From the human T2T-CHM13v2.0 reference genome, Homo sapiens, in NCBI RefSeq assembly GCF_009914755.1, contig NC_060929.1: a stretch of 64,000 nt of DNA, one strand, 5' to 3'. How positions within the stretch are numbered: position 1 is the first letter of the stretch; each line of letters starts with the position of its first letter. The notes beneath the pieces are model-generated. The model had not been told where the DNA came from. It saw only the letters and a program-made list of their open reading frames with translations, and ran no database searches. The translations under genes and the position numbers were made by a program. Of this stretch, positions 24,031 to 38,455 are shown in pieces.

Positions 24031-27000
24031 CCTGGCGGGGCTGTGCACGCTGAGCCCGGACGCTTGGGACCACGGAGCCCACATGCCCTCCGTGGACGTG
24101 AGTGCAAACCCACATGTTCATTGGCCTGTGTGTGCACCATGGCTGCAGCAGAGCGGGGGATCAAGAGATGCAGGTGGAGGGTGCAGGGAGGGCACAGTCA
24201 GAGCCCTTCATGAGAAGCAGGGACCCAGCTTCCATTGTGGCCCAGGGGGCCCTGCCCCTGTCCTGCTTCTTCAAAAATGGGCTGTAGCAGCCATCCAATT
24301 ACATACGAAATGTGGATTTCTTCCTCTGAGTTGCTGGATTTCAACCACTTGGTGGGTGACTGTTATGGACGGGCCACTGTTAGAGGCTGCTATGTCTCCT
24401 TTTCCTTCCTGTTGTGATTTCTATTAGATGGCGCAAAGCTTTTCTCAGAGCGCTATGACCTTGGAGAAGAGACCCCTCAGTGGGGACAGCAGAGCCTGGA
24501 CGAGGCCACACACTAGGGGTCTGTTGACCTCCGGCATGCTCTTCCCACAGATGCACGCTGCTGTCATGCATTTGTTTGGAAGGGCTTGTGTCCCTTGCAA
24601 ACGTTTAAATACTATTGCTTTGCCCTGATGATATTTTATTACCCTTTCAGTTTATAAATCAAACTGCATTTATACATTTTATGCCAAATTGTTGATTTGT
24701 TTATTTTCTTCTTGTCATACCCCCCACTCCCCACGACCAACCCCCACCATCCAACCCTTCATTTGTCTTGAGCTGGGCCTATTTGGGGTTCTCTGCTCTG
24801 AATCAGTCCTCCTTTGCCTGACAGTGCATGCACTGAAAACACAAACCTCACAGCTCCTCCTCATTAACCCGATCCTGTTATAGGAGCTGGGGGTGGTGAC
24901 GGGATCTCGAATACGGACAGAGAGTGGTGTGGAAACAGCCTCACTGGTTATTACCTTCCTAAACGAAGCTGTCTAGGATGCAATTCCATTCCTCTCTAAT
25001 CCTTTTATTCTTTTTTCTTTTTAAGAACAAGATCAAATGTTGTATACAGTATCAAGGTTTCATAACCATATAGAATAAATATTTCAAAGTCTGTAATTTA
25101 AACAGGTGGCTGGGTGGCACGTGGGCTGCCTAGGTCAGGAGGAGGTGAGCGTGTGAGCCAGGACTCTGTGGGCTGCCTGGGTGGAGCTTGGCTTCGTCTA
25201 TGTGTAGACGAACCTCAGTCACGGAGCAGCCTGCCTGTTCTGACCATATTAGCAAGATCAGCGGATTGGCGGGATAAATGATAACCCGTCTTAAACCTCC
25301 TCTTCACCACCTCCTCCTCTCAGCCCCAGCCCAGCCCCCAATCCTGAGCAGGTGCTCGACTCAGCCTTGGTTGTTTTCCCCTGCTACTACAGTGACACCT
25401 AGTTGATCCTCAGTAAATACAGGATTGATTCAATCCACACCTTACTCTACTGGGAGATAAGAAACGTGGGGAATAGGAAGGAGCAGCCAGGCCACTGAGC
25501 TGCTTCGGCAAGACACACAGGTAGATTATTCTAGAACTCTAGAGACACAGCTAACCGATCTTGAAAATGCGGCCTGTGGCAGCCAATCTTTGGTCCTTTC
25601 TGGAAATGTTAGAGGAAGGAAGACAGTACTTTTTTCTCTTCTATTCAGTTAAAGAATTCAGGTGTTTGAAAATCTTCCCTCAAAGTTTCTATTTGGTTGT
25701 CCAACCCCTGAACCATTGAGCACTGCCCTGGAAAAAGCCTTCAGTATTTCTCACGTCCTGCTGCCTGGAGACCTCCCAGACGCAGGTTGCCTTTCCCGTT
25801 CACGTGTCTTCCGTACACGGCGCCTGCAGACCACACCGCGTTTTTCTCAGACTGCCCCACATTGTCCCTGGGTGGGGACATGGCCCTCCCTCACCCTTGC
25901 GGTGTGTTCTTTCCCCCAAGTACGTCCTCTTTCTGGTGTGCAGGGATTGTGGGCCCACTTGTGAGTCATAAAATCAATTGCTCCAAAGCTACTGCCTCGA
26001 TTTTTAAACTCGGTCCTATAGCTACGAAAATGCTGGACAGAGGACAGATGGGTCTTTCTCCTCCGCCTTCTCTGTGGCCTCCTGCACTCCTACAGAAGGG
26101 GCACACTGAAAAGCAACCTCTTGGGAGGCAGAGTTCCTAAAAGTGTGGGAGATTTAACCAGATCCTCCTATAATAACAATCTGTCAAGCAATGCACTTTA
26201 AATCCATTTAAAGCTATCTTTGAGTAAGAGGTGTCTCCTTTAAATACTGTAATACCCATAACGCTCTCACAAAAGCTCTATTCATCGTCCTGACAATGCT
26301 ATAATGTTTGTGTTTACCCAGAAGGTAAACATGCCTGCCAAGGCCCGCTCCAGGGCCTAAGCACAGCCGTCACCCAGTCGGAACCAGTGGCGATTACCGC
26401 TGCTTTGCAAAACTCAAGCAGCGTCTCTACACACCACTTCTCAGACTTGGTTAGGTGTGAGTTCCAAGCAAAATATCACACAGAAGCCTGGGAGAAATAT
26501 GTTGAATTAGCTAGAATATTGGTCATAAGTCCTCGGCCAGACAATAATCCCCTAAAAAAACGGGTGCGTGCAGGAATGAGGTTAACCTCATTCAGAACCG
26601 GGGGCTGCTCATGGGCAAGGGGGCTGTGTAGAATTCAGTGATGGAAGGTTTAAAGATTCAGGACAGTCTGTGTGGATGGCGTGTGGGTGCACTGTCTTCA
26701 GACCCCACGTGACATTGAGAGGGTGTGGGTGCCCATCCTGGGGTGCTGGTCCCCCCAGCAGTTCTCTGAGAGCACAGGGCGCTCCTGCTCCTGACTGGAG
26801 AGATTTACACACACTCACCCGTGGTGTTGTTGGCTCTCAGTGGTGTTCAGTGAGTTCGGCAGCAGTTCTTTCTCTGTCCTGTAGAAACTCTTGAGCCAAC
26901 ACTTTCTGGAACAGGCCTGTCTTTCCCAGGTGCCTCTTTTCTTTGGTTTAACTTCTCCGTTTCTGGCTTGCACATCTGTTCTCTCCCTCGTCTTTTTCAT

Positions 27001-29914
27001 TTGCTATTCTGAGAGCAGAGAGTGTGATTAACCACCGGCGCCTCCTCTGAGCTCCCATTTTCAAACGCAGCAGGTCAGAAAAGCTGTTTTAACGGGGCTG
27101 AGATATGGGAAGTGTTGGTCCCAGGTGAAGCACCCCAGGTCCCAGCAGGAAGCCTTGGGGTACACTCTAGACTTCTGGCAGTATTTTGCATACCATTGAT
27201 CTCTATGTCCATTTCAAGCTCATTACTTGTTTGCAAGAAGTGTGCTCTCTCTCCTGCCCCCACTTCTCTCTGTTCTTTATAAATGCCAAAATCTTTCACG
27301 AGAAGTAAAATTTCTCCAGTGCAAGCATGCGTCCTGTCTTTAGGCTGATATCCAACTCTCGCTATTTTGTTCCCATCTGAATTAAGAATATGTAACTGAA
27401 ACTAGGTTTCAAATATGGTTTGAAATTAAAGGGTTTTTTTTTTCCTTTTAGAAGACACTTAGTAGATATGAACTATGCCTATACTTATGATCTCTTGTTG
27501 AAAAGACACCTGTCTGTTGTGCCATCAATAGCAGCCATGAGGGTCATGGGTTTCCCTACCCTTGGCCCCCACGCTCTGCTCCCTGCTGCCCCCAACAGAC
27601 CCTGAGGACGGCAGGGACAGAGGTGGGCTGTCCAGGTCCTGCATGGGGGGATGCGGAATGATTCAGGCACCCCTGCCTCCTCTTCATCCTTCTCTTGGGG
27701 GCTGCTGGAGCAGTCATCTGCCCAGCTGTTCATCCATTGTTCCTCTGTATAGAAATAAAATCCAGCCCCTGACTGATATTTCCGGGACCTGAATGCAGGT
27801 GTTAACTTTCATGACAGAAATATAAACAAGGTTCTATGTTGTCACTTTGTAAATCTGCCTTTCCCAACAGAAGCATGAAGTGACCCTCAACCAAAGTGTA
27901 CAAATTGTGCCCTAGAATGAAGCGGGTGTGCTTTTGTGAAGCGTCTCTGTTTTGCGTGTTAATTCTCTGAATGCATGTGGGTGTGTGGGGCCCACCAGGC
28001 CTTCAAGTACAGAAGAAACATAAGTTCTCACACTCTCATTCAGTCCCCTAGATGCAGAACTCCCTAGAAATGACTTAGAATAAACATTCCCACATTATCA
28101 ACAATCAAAAGTTTGGAAATTTAGGCTATGCAAAACAGCTTCATCTACAAGAGGCATAGTGGCCAAATCCCTGAATCTAGTGAAGAAAATGGAACAATTC
28201 ACACGCTTGTCAGTAACAGTGTCCACTTTGTTAATCTTATAGTAATAATATTAATAATTTTATTTTATTCAAGTGAGGTGCACTTACAGACTCGAATATT
28301 AGATACTCTTTCTCTCCCCAAATCTTAGTATACAAGCAAGGATTAAAATTACTCTCTTATTAGAACTTCCCACTGGTTAATGACCTCTGAGGAACACACA
28401 GAAGTGAGAATTTGGAAAAGGCAGGTTTTGCTTGAGTGAGGCCCTGAAAGAGAACATTCCCTGCGGGCCATCTCTTTCTGCAACCAAACCCTCTTGAGAG
28501 AAAACCAAATAAATAAAAGAGACACAGTGACCATCCAGTAGTGACCATACAAATGTCTGAGTGTGCTGCCACCATGAGATTTCAACTGAGCAGAGGACTG
28601 GCTAACAGGAGCATGCCTGGGACAACCAAGGCAGCGTCAGACACTCCAAAGCCTCCTCTTGCCACCAGCCAGGCCTCTCTCTCCTCCATCCCCTCCAGCC
28701 TAGACCTGTGGACTCCTCCTCCAGCTTTCAAAGCAGTGGGGTCCAAGCCTAACCCTGCAGTCCCAGCCACCTGTGGAAGGAAGGAGAGCCTGGAGATGGT
28801 GACAGTGTGGCTGGGATAATGAACGCAGCCTTCCAGAGACAAACTGCAGCCTCCGTGGATCCTTGCAGGAGTGCGGGCTCCAGCCTGCTGGCATCCAGAT
28901 GGACCATGGGTGGGTTTAGGTTCCTGGGAAAACACCACACCTGGGGGAGACATGCAGCCCTCCCTCCCATCCCACAGGCACCAAATTAAAATCGGTTGAT
29001 GTTATAGTGAGAAGCTGGTTGCCAAAATGTGGACACCCTGCTTCCGAGTTTGCGCTTTGAATTTGGGTTTAAAAGGCTTAGATGCCTCTTTAAATTTCTT
29101 TCTAAATCATCAAGAATGACTTTTCCCCCAGGAGGGGATGCTATTCTGGGGTCACCATAATTTTTACTTCTGATTCTGCCCCTAGGTTAAAATAATGCTG
29201 TGATACTTAAGATTAAAAGTGAGAACTAACAGCCTGAAAAAAAAAATAGATGTACCCAAACATCTGAAGTTATGATGGGGGGTGGGTGAAACGAAGTTTC
29301 ACATTTCTCATGAAAAGGTTGCCCAATCCCCGCTTTTGTCAAGACAAGATTTTTATGCAACCTTTACAGTGATTTTTGAGTAACACCTGAAGCTGAGGGA
29401 AGCGCAAACCCTCCTTTAATCTTAGCAGAAGCCTCCCTGTTAGGACTCAACTTTGTTCTTTCTCCGCTGTCATTAATTTTCCCCTTGAACATGCTTTTTC
29501 TCTCTGACAAAATAATGATTTTATTTGAGCCGCTGATGATTATCTGGCTGTATCAGACTTGAAAACTGTAATTTGAAAAAGGTGAGTCCCCTGCTCCCTC
29601 GAAGGCACATGCTGCCTTTTTCTTTTTCAGAGACATATATTAGAGGGCTTCTTTTAAATTTAAGCTGACATTCTTTGTCCAGGGATTTGAAATCCTGTAG
29701 AATATTAAAGCCTCATCTTTATCTTTAAAATATACTTTTAAAACCTGTTCTCTGTGGGGCTGTTTTAGTCCCTGGACGATTCTAAGTGACATTAAATAGC
29801 AAGTGAATTAGACCCAGCATGAATCACTAAATGGAAATGTATGTTTTAAAAATAATTGATTCGGGTGGGTTCGGTGAGCTGAGCCATCACCTGGGGAAGC
29901 TGGCAGCCCGTAGA

Positions 29915-30000
29915 CCTGGCCCTGCCCGCCTGGCACGTTGTGACCTTGAGCGAGTTGCTGAGCCCCACCTGCCTCGGTTTTCTTGACTGAGAGAAGGAGC
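29915..30000 (+). mobile_element. MIR fragment
   Basis: tgtgaccttgagcgagttgct..tgcctcggttttctt resembles the MIR core. Confidence 0.5.
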
Positions 30001-30368
30001 TAAGTCTGAGTGAACCCCATTGAGAACAGTTCTGGAATTAATCAGAACTTAATTACTGTGAAGCCTACTGATGGCTTTGTCATTGTTGACTGATGAGGAG
30101 AAGGGGGCCAGAACTGCCAAATGAAAAATTAAAACAAAAGTAGCTGGTACTCCCAACATAGTTTTTGGAAATTAAAACATATTAAAAAGCAATACATGCC
30201 AAGAGTGCTGGCAGTGTTTGTCTGGAAAGGGCACCGCGCTGTCCCCTGCAGCCTCACTGCTGTGTCTGAAGGACCTGATTCTGCCTCTCCAAACTTCCTC
30301 CTTCCCCAGCATCTCTTTCTGCCCCTCTGCTTCTCTGGGGCTCTTTGACTGACTTTCCCTTTGCACCT

Positions 30369-30734
30369 TGTATTAGTCTGTTTTCACACTCCTGATAAAG
30401 ACATACCAGAGACTGGGCGATTTACAAAAGAAAGAGGTTTAATGGACTTACAGTTCTACCTGGCTGGGGAGGCCTCACAATCATGGTGAAAGGCAAGGAG
30501 GAACAAGTCATGTCTTACATGGATGGCGGCAGGCAAAGAGAGAGAGCTTGTGCAGGGGGACCCCCCATTATAAAACCATCAGATCTCGTGAGACTTACTG
30601 TTACAAGAACAGCACAGGAAAGACCCACCACCATGATTCAATCACCTCCCACCGGGTCCCTCCCAACCATGTGGGAATTGTGGGAGATACAATTCAAGAT
30701 GGGATTTGGGTGGGGACACAGCCAAACCACATCA
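30369..30734 (-). mobile_element. THE1 (THE1C-like) solo LTR
   Basis: tgtattagtctgttttcacact..gataaagacatacc..tgggtggggacacagccaaaccacatca; 5-bp TSD cacct / tacct. Confidence 0.93.
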
Positions 30735-31485
30735 TACCTCTGGCTCCGATGGCTCCCATGCTGGAGATGTTCCTGGTCCGTGGACAGATGTTTTTCTCCT
30801 CTAGCTAGTTAGGCCATCTTCCATCTCAGAAATTCGGGCCATCATGGTGTGCAAAAGGAGATCCCTGGGATTGAGGAATGTTCTCAGAATCTCTAAGGTT
30901 CTGTGCAGCTGAGTGCCCTGAAGGAAGAAGACATTGCCCATCCTCCAGCAAGACGGTGGTTTCCTTGTCTTTTCTGAATAAGCTTGATGAGTGTTATGGA
31001 GGTCAAGCTCAGCAAGGCCACCCCAAGATGGGTTCAGCCAGGAGGGGGGTGCCAGCCCCTGAGGGCAGTGCAAGCAACTACTGGCTGGGGGGTTGGGGGA
31101 AGGCTGGGCTCTGTCCCCCAGCACCTTGTCAGGGAACAAGCCATCCTACTTCAAGGCATGCTGGTTCTGTATCTCTGTTCAGATCATTGATCCAAATGTT
31201 CCTGGCTGTTCTTTCCCACAAAGCTCAATGCTTTGGAATTATCATATCACTGGTGCAGTCTCTCGCCCAGTGGACTCTGGCTGGAACCCTCCCATTGGTG
31301 AGAACTTCAGCCCCACCAGCTCTTCTGTGGCTCCCAGAAGGCCTGGCCACCCCTTGGGGACAGTGGAAGGAAGGCAGGGTTACATGAGGCCCTAGAGACC
31401 AGGCCAAAGGTCAGGGCTGGGAAGGAGGAGCCCTGGGTCAGAGATAAGAGCTGCCACATCAGCAGAGGAGAGAAGGCACCCACCT

Positions 31486-31690
31486 AATCTCAACCCAGGT
31501 GGCTTTGCTCCAGGGCACATTTGGTGCGGTTGGCAGACGTTTTTCATTGTCACAACTGGTGGCTACTACTGACATTTAGTAGACAGAGTCCAGGATGTTG
31601 CTAAACAACCCAAAATACATAGGACAACTCCCTCCCACAAGAAAAGCATGTCCCCAAATATCCACAGTTTCGGGCTGAGCAATGCTAGCC
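31486..31690 (+). mobile_element. MER20 DNA transposon
   Basis: tctcaacc..acatttgg..ttgtcacaactgg..ctactgacat..ggatgttgctaaaca..aggaca..ccccaaatatc matches MER20 as recalled. Confidence 0.8.
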
Positions 31691-31704
31691 TAGTGAGGCT
31701 GGCA

Positions 31705-31915
31705 AGGGCAGTAGCTCTAGATCATGCCAAAGTCCTGCTTTTACTCCCTAGTTCTAGGGACTCTGGAAAACTCACCTAAACTCCTGAAGCCTCAATGGCC
31801 TCATCTGTAAAATAGAGTCAATGATAATAGTGCCTGTCTGGCCGAGCCACTGCTATGATTAGGTGTGACAATGTACGTAAAACACCAGCCCACACTAACA
31901 GCGCAGTAAACATTC
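31705..31915 (+). mobile_element. MIR
   Basis: ctgaagcctcaatggcctcatctgtaaaatagag..ataatagtgcct is the MIR core. Confidence 0.7.
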
Positions 31916-31994
31916 GGTGTCAACACTGTCAATTACATATGATTTTTACAAACACACAACAGACGTATTCCATACCTGATTAACTGCCTGCCTA

Positions 31995-32451
<457 letters not shown>

Positions 32452-34399
32452 TCATGTCTGTGCATATATGCAAAGCCAACCGCCTGCAAGTAGATGGTTA
32501 GCATGTGTTTACACAAGCTTTTTAGCTTTTGAAAAATGGAGTTTTGAGAAAAACCATAGTAGCTATGCGCTTCATGCCTGGAGAGAAAACAGGGCACTGG
32601 GCTGAGTCCAGCCCGCACTCCCACTGCCCAGAGTTTCACGCTGTCTAACTCATTCCCTGAAGTCAAAGGGGTGAAGACAGTAAATGATCCCAAAACAGAG
32701 CATGTTTCTATTTGAGATTACTCTAGGCAAAGTCATACCTAATAAACATAAATACATTTGCAGAGAATGCAAGATGTATATGATTTTTATTCTTTCTATT
32801 CAACAATGCAATGTGTACTTTTAATTTTAAGTTAAATGTTTCTTTCTTTTTGATCATGGTTTCGTCTTGCGTGCATGTTACCTTGCCCAAGGGAACACCG
32901 CCCACATACACATATTTTTACAACATTACTCTTACCCTGATGGTAACTCAATTAATTAGAAAGATTGGAATCACATCTAATTGCATACTTAGCTAGCATA
33001 AACTTGTCAGAGTCATCTGATGTGAAATAAAATCTACAGACTCTTTAAATAAAATCAAAGGTAAGAATAAACACTATGTGCATTTGTAGATGAAAACAGT
33101 TTTGCTAAAGAATCATTAACATAGATGGTCTTAAAAGTCATAAGCCTTTCATATTTTCATTCCTAAACCTCTATACCACATTACATTATCTTCAGCCATA
33201 AACCTTAGGCTCTCACCCAAATAATGCAGGGTTGTTGGAGAGTCCAACCTTATGTAATAACTAACACATACTCAGACAACCTGTCTTTTAATATTACTCC
33301 TATATATTTGAAATATTAAACATAAAGCCTCTGGTAAAATGCCACTCCCATAAGCACGTATTAACAGAGATCTTTCATAAACAGCTTCAGAATGTGGAAA
33401 GAATGTCTTTGAATATTTTCAAAGAGATGGTCTATTTTTCATGTAGAGATGGATTTGCAGTTGTACAATAAAGAGAGAAAAGACATTTATCAAACCTTTC
33501 ACTGCACTGATTTTTATCTGTGGCTTTCACTCCCTGTGGCCCCTTCACTTACAGTCCCTGGAGATAACTTCTGGGAGAAACCACCTCACCAGAATTTTCT
33601 TCCAGGTGAAAAAATCACCTTTACCATTGACCTTCGTTAGCCAAATCCTCTCTTTTGCCAAATGCAACAGCCAAGGGCTACTTCCATTTCATCATGCTAT
33701 GCAGAAAATCATCTTAAAATCAACTTCCAAAACAGTGAGTGAACACATGACAATGGGAACTCAGGGACCCTGGATTTTTCCTGGCCAACAGCAAATGAAG
33801 ATAGGGAGGGGATCGCTGTGCCTGTTTGGAACATGTTCCTCATTGTAACTTTCCCAAAGAACAAAGTCTCCTGCATAAATCACCTGGGAGGGCTATGCTG
33901 ATAAACGTAATTCACGCTGGAGATTCTCCAGCAGTTGTACCCACAATTCCAGCTATTTTTACTAAAGGAACCAAAAAGGTATTCCTTGCACCTCTTGTGG
34001 AATTAGATTCTCTTTCCTCTTAGCTTTCACTGTAGCCACAATTCTTCATTTACAAACTTGTCAAAGTCCTAAAACAAATGTTTTACGGTTATATCTTATT
34101 TTCGTTTGTCTGTTTGTTTTTGGTTTTGTAGTTAGTCTTGCCCGAGAAACAGACAAGATTAGCCCGGATCAAGTTCTGCAAATCCACTATTATTTTCCTT
34201 TGATTTTAAAGCATATACCGTATATACCATCTACGTGTCTGGAAGGAGTGAGAAGGTGGAAGAAGCTGTGCTTAACTCCAGTAAAGCCTGGATGTTGGCT
34301 CGGTGCTATCGGACCATTAAATTGCTCTACATGGCTTTCATTCTTGGAGGATAGAAAATAATGCATATGCTTAAAATGCTGTTAGATCAGTTTATTTGG

Positions 34400-34850
34400 T
34401 TACATTTAGAAATCACTTCCTATGAAATACAGCCTATGAAAATAATTAGAAATGCCAAGAGGATTTATGCACACACATGTCCATTATAGTGTAGTTTATA
34501 ACAGTAAAAGTGTGAACAGGACCTGTTGTAAGGAAAATAATCATAGCATGGCGTGTCCTTATTACAAAATGCTATATAATGGCAAGCAAACTTTCTCATA
34601 TTATAAACATGTAAAAAGTAGAATTTTAAAAAAGTGATCTAATGATCCCAAACTTATAAGAGAAAATCACAAATTAGCTATCATCTCTCTACCTACATAC
34701 CTATTTACAAAGAAAAAGTCTAGGGAGAAAACTACTGTAACACATTGAAATAAATCTGGGAAGTAAGACTATGAGTTATTTTTAGTTTTCTTTTAAGAAA
34801 TACTTTTATTAATTTTTGAAATTGCTGCAACCGTTGCTTTCATAATCAGA
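34400..34850 (+). mobile_element. Ancient L1 (L1ME-like) 3' remnant
   Basis: atttatgcacacacatgtccattatagtgtagtttataacagtaaaa and the downstream sequence weakly resemble the L1ME 3' end. Confidence 0.5.
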
Positions 34851-34977
34851 ACACTTAAAATCTCATATTTAAGTGTAATTAATTGTCAGAAAAAAATGCT
34901 CCTGACATATTCAAACTAGAAAAGCAGGTTACACATCCACTGAGCCATTTCTCGTAATCATAAAACTGAAATCCCCC

Positions 34978-35328
34978 TGTATGAGTCTACTTGGTCCACC
35001 GTAGTGAAATCCATAGCCTGGGTGGCTTCAACAATGGGATTCATTTTCTCATGGTTCTGGAGGCTGGAAGTCCAAGATCAAGATGCCAGCCTGGTCAGGG
35101 GCTGGGGAGGACCCACTGCCAGGCTATGGACGGCCACCTTCTCTGCTGTCCTTGAATGGCAGAGAATGGTGTCTCTCCTCTAAGGTCACAAATCCCACCT
35201 GGAGGCCCTACCTCAGGACCTCATCTAAACTACCCTATCGCCCACAGGTCCCATCTCCAAATACCACCCCATTGTGGGGTAGGGCTTCAACATAGAGATG
35301 TGAGGGGGGCAGCGTTCTGTCCATAGCA
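34978..35328 (-). mobile_element. MLT1A-like MaLR solo LTR
   Basis: ctgggtggcttcaacaa..ggttctggaggctggaagtccaagatcaag..agggcttcaacata..tccatagca. Confidence 0.88.
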
Positions 35329-37458
35329 CCATTGATAAGTCCCATCATCACAGGCTGGTGACACAGAGGACCACTTGTACAGCGGGATCCTGCACAGACA
35401 TTCAGAGAGGTTCTGGAAGAAACCAGGGCATGGAGATGCATGTGTCACATATTTTTGTGAGAAAAGGGAAGTTACAAAATGCCATTCCATCATCATGTAG
35501 CACCCGACTGGCCTCTCTTCTGTAGGTGGCCGACTTCAAGTTTTCAGATTTGTTCTTACGCTGTTGGGTGGGGGGAGTGTGAGAACTTCAAGCGCAGTCC
35601 CAGGGGCAGGTGGAAGTTCCCAGGAGTGGTTCCGTTGTCACAGAGAAGAGGGTGCCAGCCTGAGAGGAAGAAAGGCACAGCTGCATCAGATGTGTTCCCA
35701 TCACTCCTGAAGCCTCTAGCTTCTGATGTAGAAATCAGACTGGTATAACCTAAAAGTCAGATACCAAGGAAAACTCAGCAGAAGCAGAGGGGGTCTGGTA
35801 AAGACATTGCAATACCACAAACAGCCTCTAAGATGTGAACCACCCAGAAAGAAAACCCTGGGTCCTGGCTGAGCACTTTGTACCCACGTTCTAGGGTCGC
35901 ATCAGAGGCGCTGTGCTGAGGAAACTGTGTATTCCTCACTCCAATTATAGGATGAATTGTGTTGTCTAACTATGATATGGTAATTGTAGACATAATGGCT
36001 GTTTCCTGGTGCTGTACTATACTTAATGTGCTGGTGGATAAAGCAATCCCTGCATTAAAAGGAATTATTGTATTTGTCATAAATTCCTTTGAGAATAATT
36101 CTGCATTCAGCTCCGGGCTGGCGGGAGGGTGTCTTTGATGGGAAACATGAAAGATTACAAGAAGGTGGAAGGTCAGGGGGCCGCACCTGACAGGTGTGCT
36201 CCTGGTCCCAGGCCAGGTAACTTACTAAGACTAACCTGGGGCACATTTACATTTGAAAATCAAGCCTGACATCCAGAGAAATCAAAGTGCCTGACGCAGC
36301 TGACGGCTTTATATTTGGAAATGAAGTGAAAATGAAGGCTCTGGGCTCCAAGGACAAGCTCCAGTGAGTGGAGTTGGGCGGAGCCCAGCCTGGTTATGGA
36401 AGGAGGGTGCAGAACCGCCAGCTCTAATCTGCACTATGCGTTCAGATGAGTGCTTTGCGGGTTTTCTCACCTTCCATTTTCTTACATGGCTTCCCTGCAA
36501 CAGGCCGGGACCGCTAGACTCAGGATGGAAAACACTCCGCCTAGGTACCTCCTGGACTTCCTCTGCATCAAGATGTTCACTGTGCGGACAGGGCAAGCAG
36601 AGAGAAATATTTACAGGGAGGAGAGAGAAATGAGAGGGAGGGAGGGATAAAGAGGAAGACAGATCAGAGAAGGAGGGGGAGAGAGAAAGGGATTTTTATT
36701 TATTGGGCAGTATCCGTGCAATAGAAATACAAACTGCAGAAGATAAAAATTGTGGGGAAGTAGAAAGGATTGTACCTCTTTTTTTTTTTTTTCTATTTTT
36801 CTGTAGAGCTGAGATCTGTCTACAGCTCTTCACCCAGAAGTTGGGTTGTTCTTCATATTTCATTCTTACAATCACTTGATTGTGGTGGAGGAGGTAGCTG
36901 GCCCTGTCTCAGGCACATGGGTGACCTCAGCTCACCTGGGGCCAAATGAGTACTTTCCTATCAGGAAGCCCAGCCCCTCCTGCCTCCGGGTGCTGCCTGC
37001 CTGGAGGAGGCATCTGGACCCAGTTCCATCGTCTCTCCGCTGCTTCCTTGAGACCTTGAGCCTCTCAGACACCTGTGGGGCGAGGGCTGGAGTCCCTCCT
37101 AGAACCACCTCTGTCATCTCCTCCAACAGCAGCGGCAGTGGGCTTTTCAGTCTTTGAGTTGATGTGGTTGTTGGTTTTGGTTTTTATTTTTAAACTCTCT
37201 TCTACGATCATTTCTATAGAAATTAGATTGTAGATTGTATTTATGGAAATCTCTGGCTGACATGTGGGAGCTCTTTCCTAGATCGGCCATTTCACATGGA
37301 AAGAAGTGATGGCTATGATGTTCGTAGTTCTGTTAACAGAGTTACATTTTTCAGGATTGTAAATCCATCATCCCACGAGGCCAACTCCTCTGACTCTGAT
37401 GGATGGTGCAAGGACTTCTGCGGGTGAGGGAGGGGGAGCTTCTCCACACCTTGTCAGA

Positions 37459-37580
37459 GGTACCTTCCATGGCACCTCCCCCTGAGACCCTCCCCCTAGG
37501 CATCTCTCGCAGGTACTTCCTCCTGGGCACCTCCTCCTGGGCACCTCCCTTGGCATCTCCCCTGGGCACCTTACCCTGGA
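37459..37580. repeat. Degenerate ~13-14-bp C-rich minisatellite (ggcacctcc(t/c)cctg)
   Basis: About 9 imperfect tandem units are visible. Confidence 0.75.
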
Positions 37581-38145
37581 CTCCTTGTAGATGCTGGCCT
37601 GGCCCCCACTGACCCCGTGGAACTGGACTAGGAAGCATAGATCCGCTATTATTAAAATTACTCAAAAATATAAGTTGAATGAACAAACTTCCTGTCCCTT
37701 CCTGTTCTCCCAGGCATCCAGCTGAGAGGCTCAGATGATGACAAAGCAGGGCCCTGGGCCTCTCAGCCATCAGCAGGCTGGGGCGGACCCTCTTTCTCCA
37801 CCACCCCTAGGCCTCTGAGAGGCAGAAGGAAAATGCGGTCTTCCCCCAGTGAAGCTCCAGAGACAGTCTGGTGGGCTAGTGGAACCCAATTCTCCTGGGA
37901 CATGCTAATACTCCCTGCGGGAGATGGAGGCCGCTCAGCAAACCTATAGCTCTCTACAAACGACCTTGGAGGAGTTAGAAAGCCCCTCTCCAGCCGAGGT
38001 TGATTCTACAAGAACACACCGAACACACGGGGCTCCTGACATGGGGGAGTGCTTGTGTTTCAGGGAGTTCACGCCACCCGAGCTTTCTGTGACTTGGAAG
38101 AGCCGGCCCTGTCTGCTCACGTGCGGTCCCTGAGGCGTCAGTTGA

Positions 38146-38455
<310 letters not shown>

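Noticed and set aside
25497-25520. gctgcttcggcaagacacac, a faint similarity to the U6 snRNA 5' end
   Set aside because: Too short and mismatched, with no continuation or TSD.
29578-29630. Donor AAG|GTGAGT followed by a pyrimidine tract and CAG
   Set aside because: The implied intron is about 48 nt, below the usual human minimum, and no coding frame supports it.
30878-31387. 169-aa ORF in unique sequence
   Set aside because: No recognisable homology or codon signal; likely a chance ORF.
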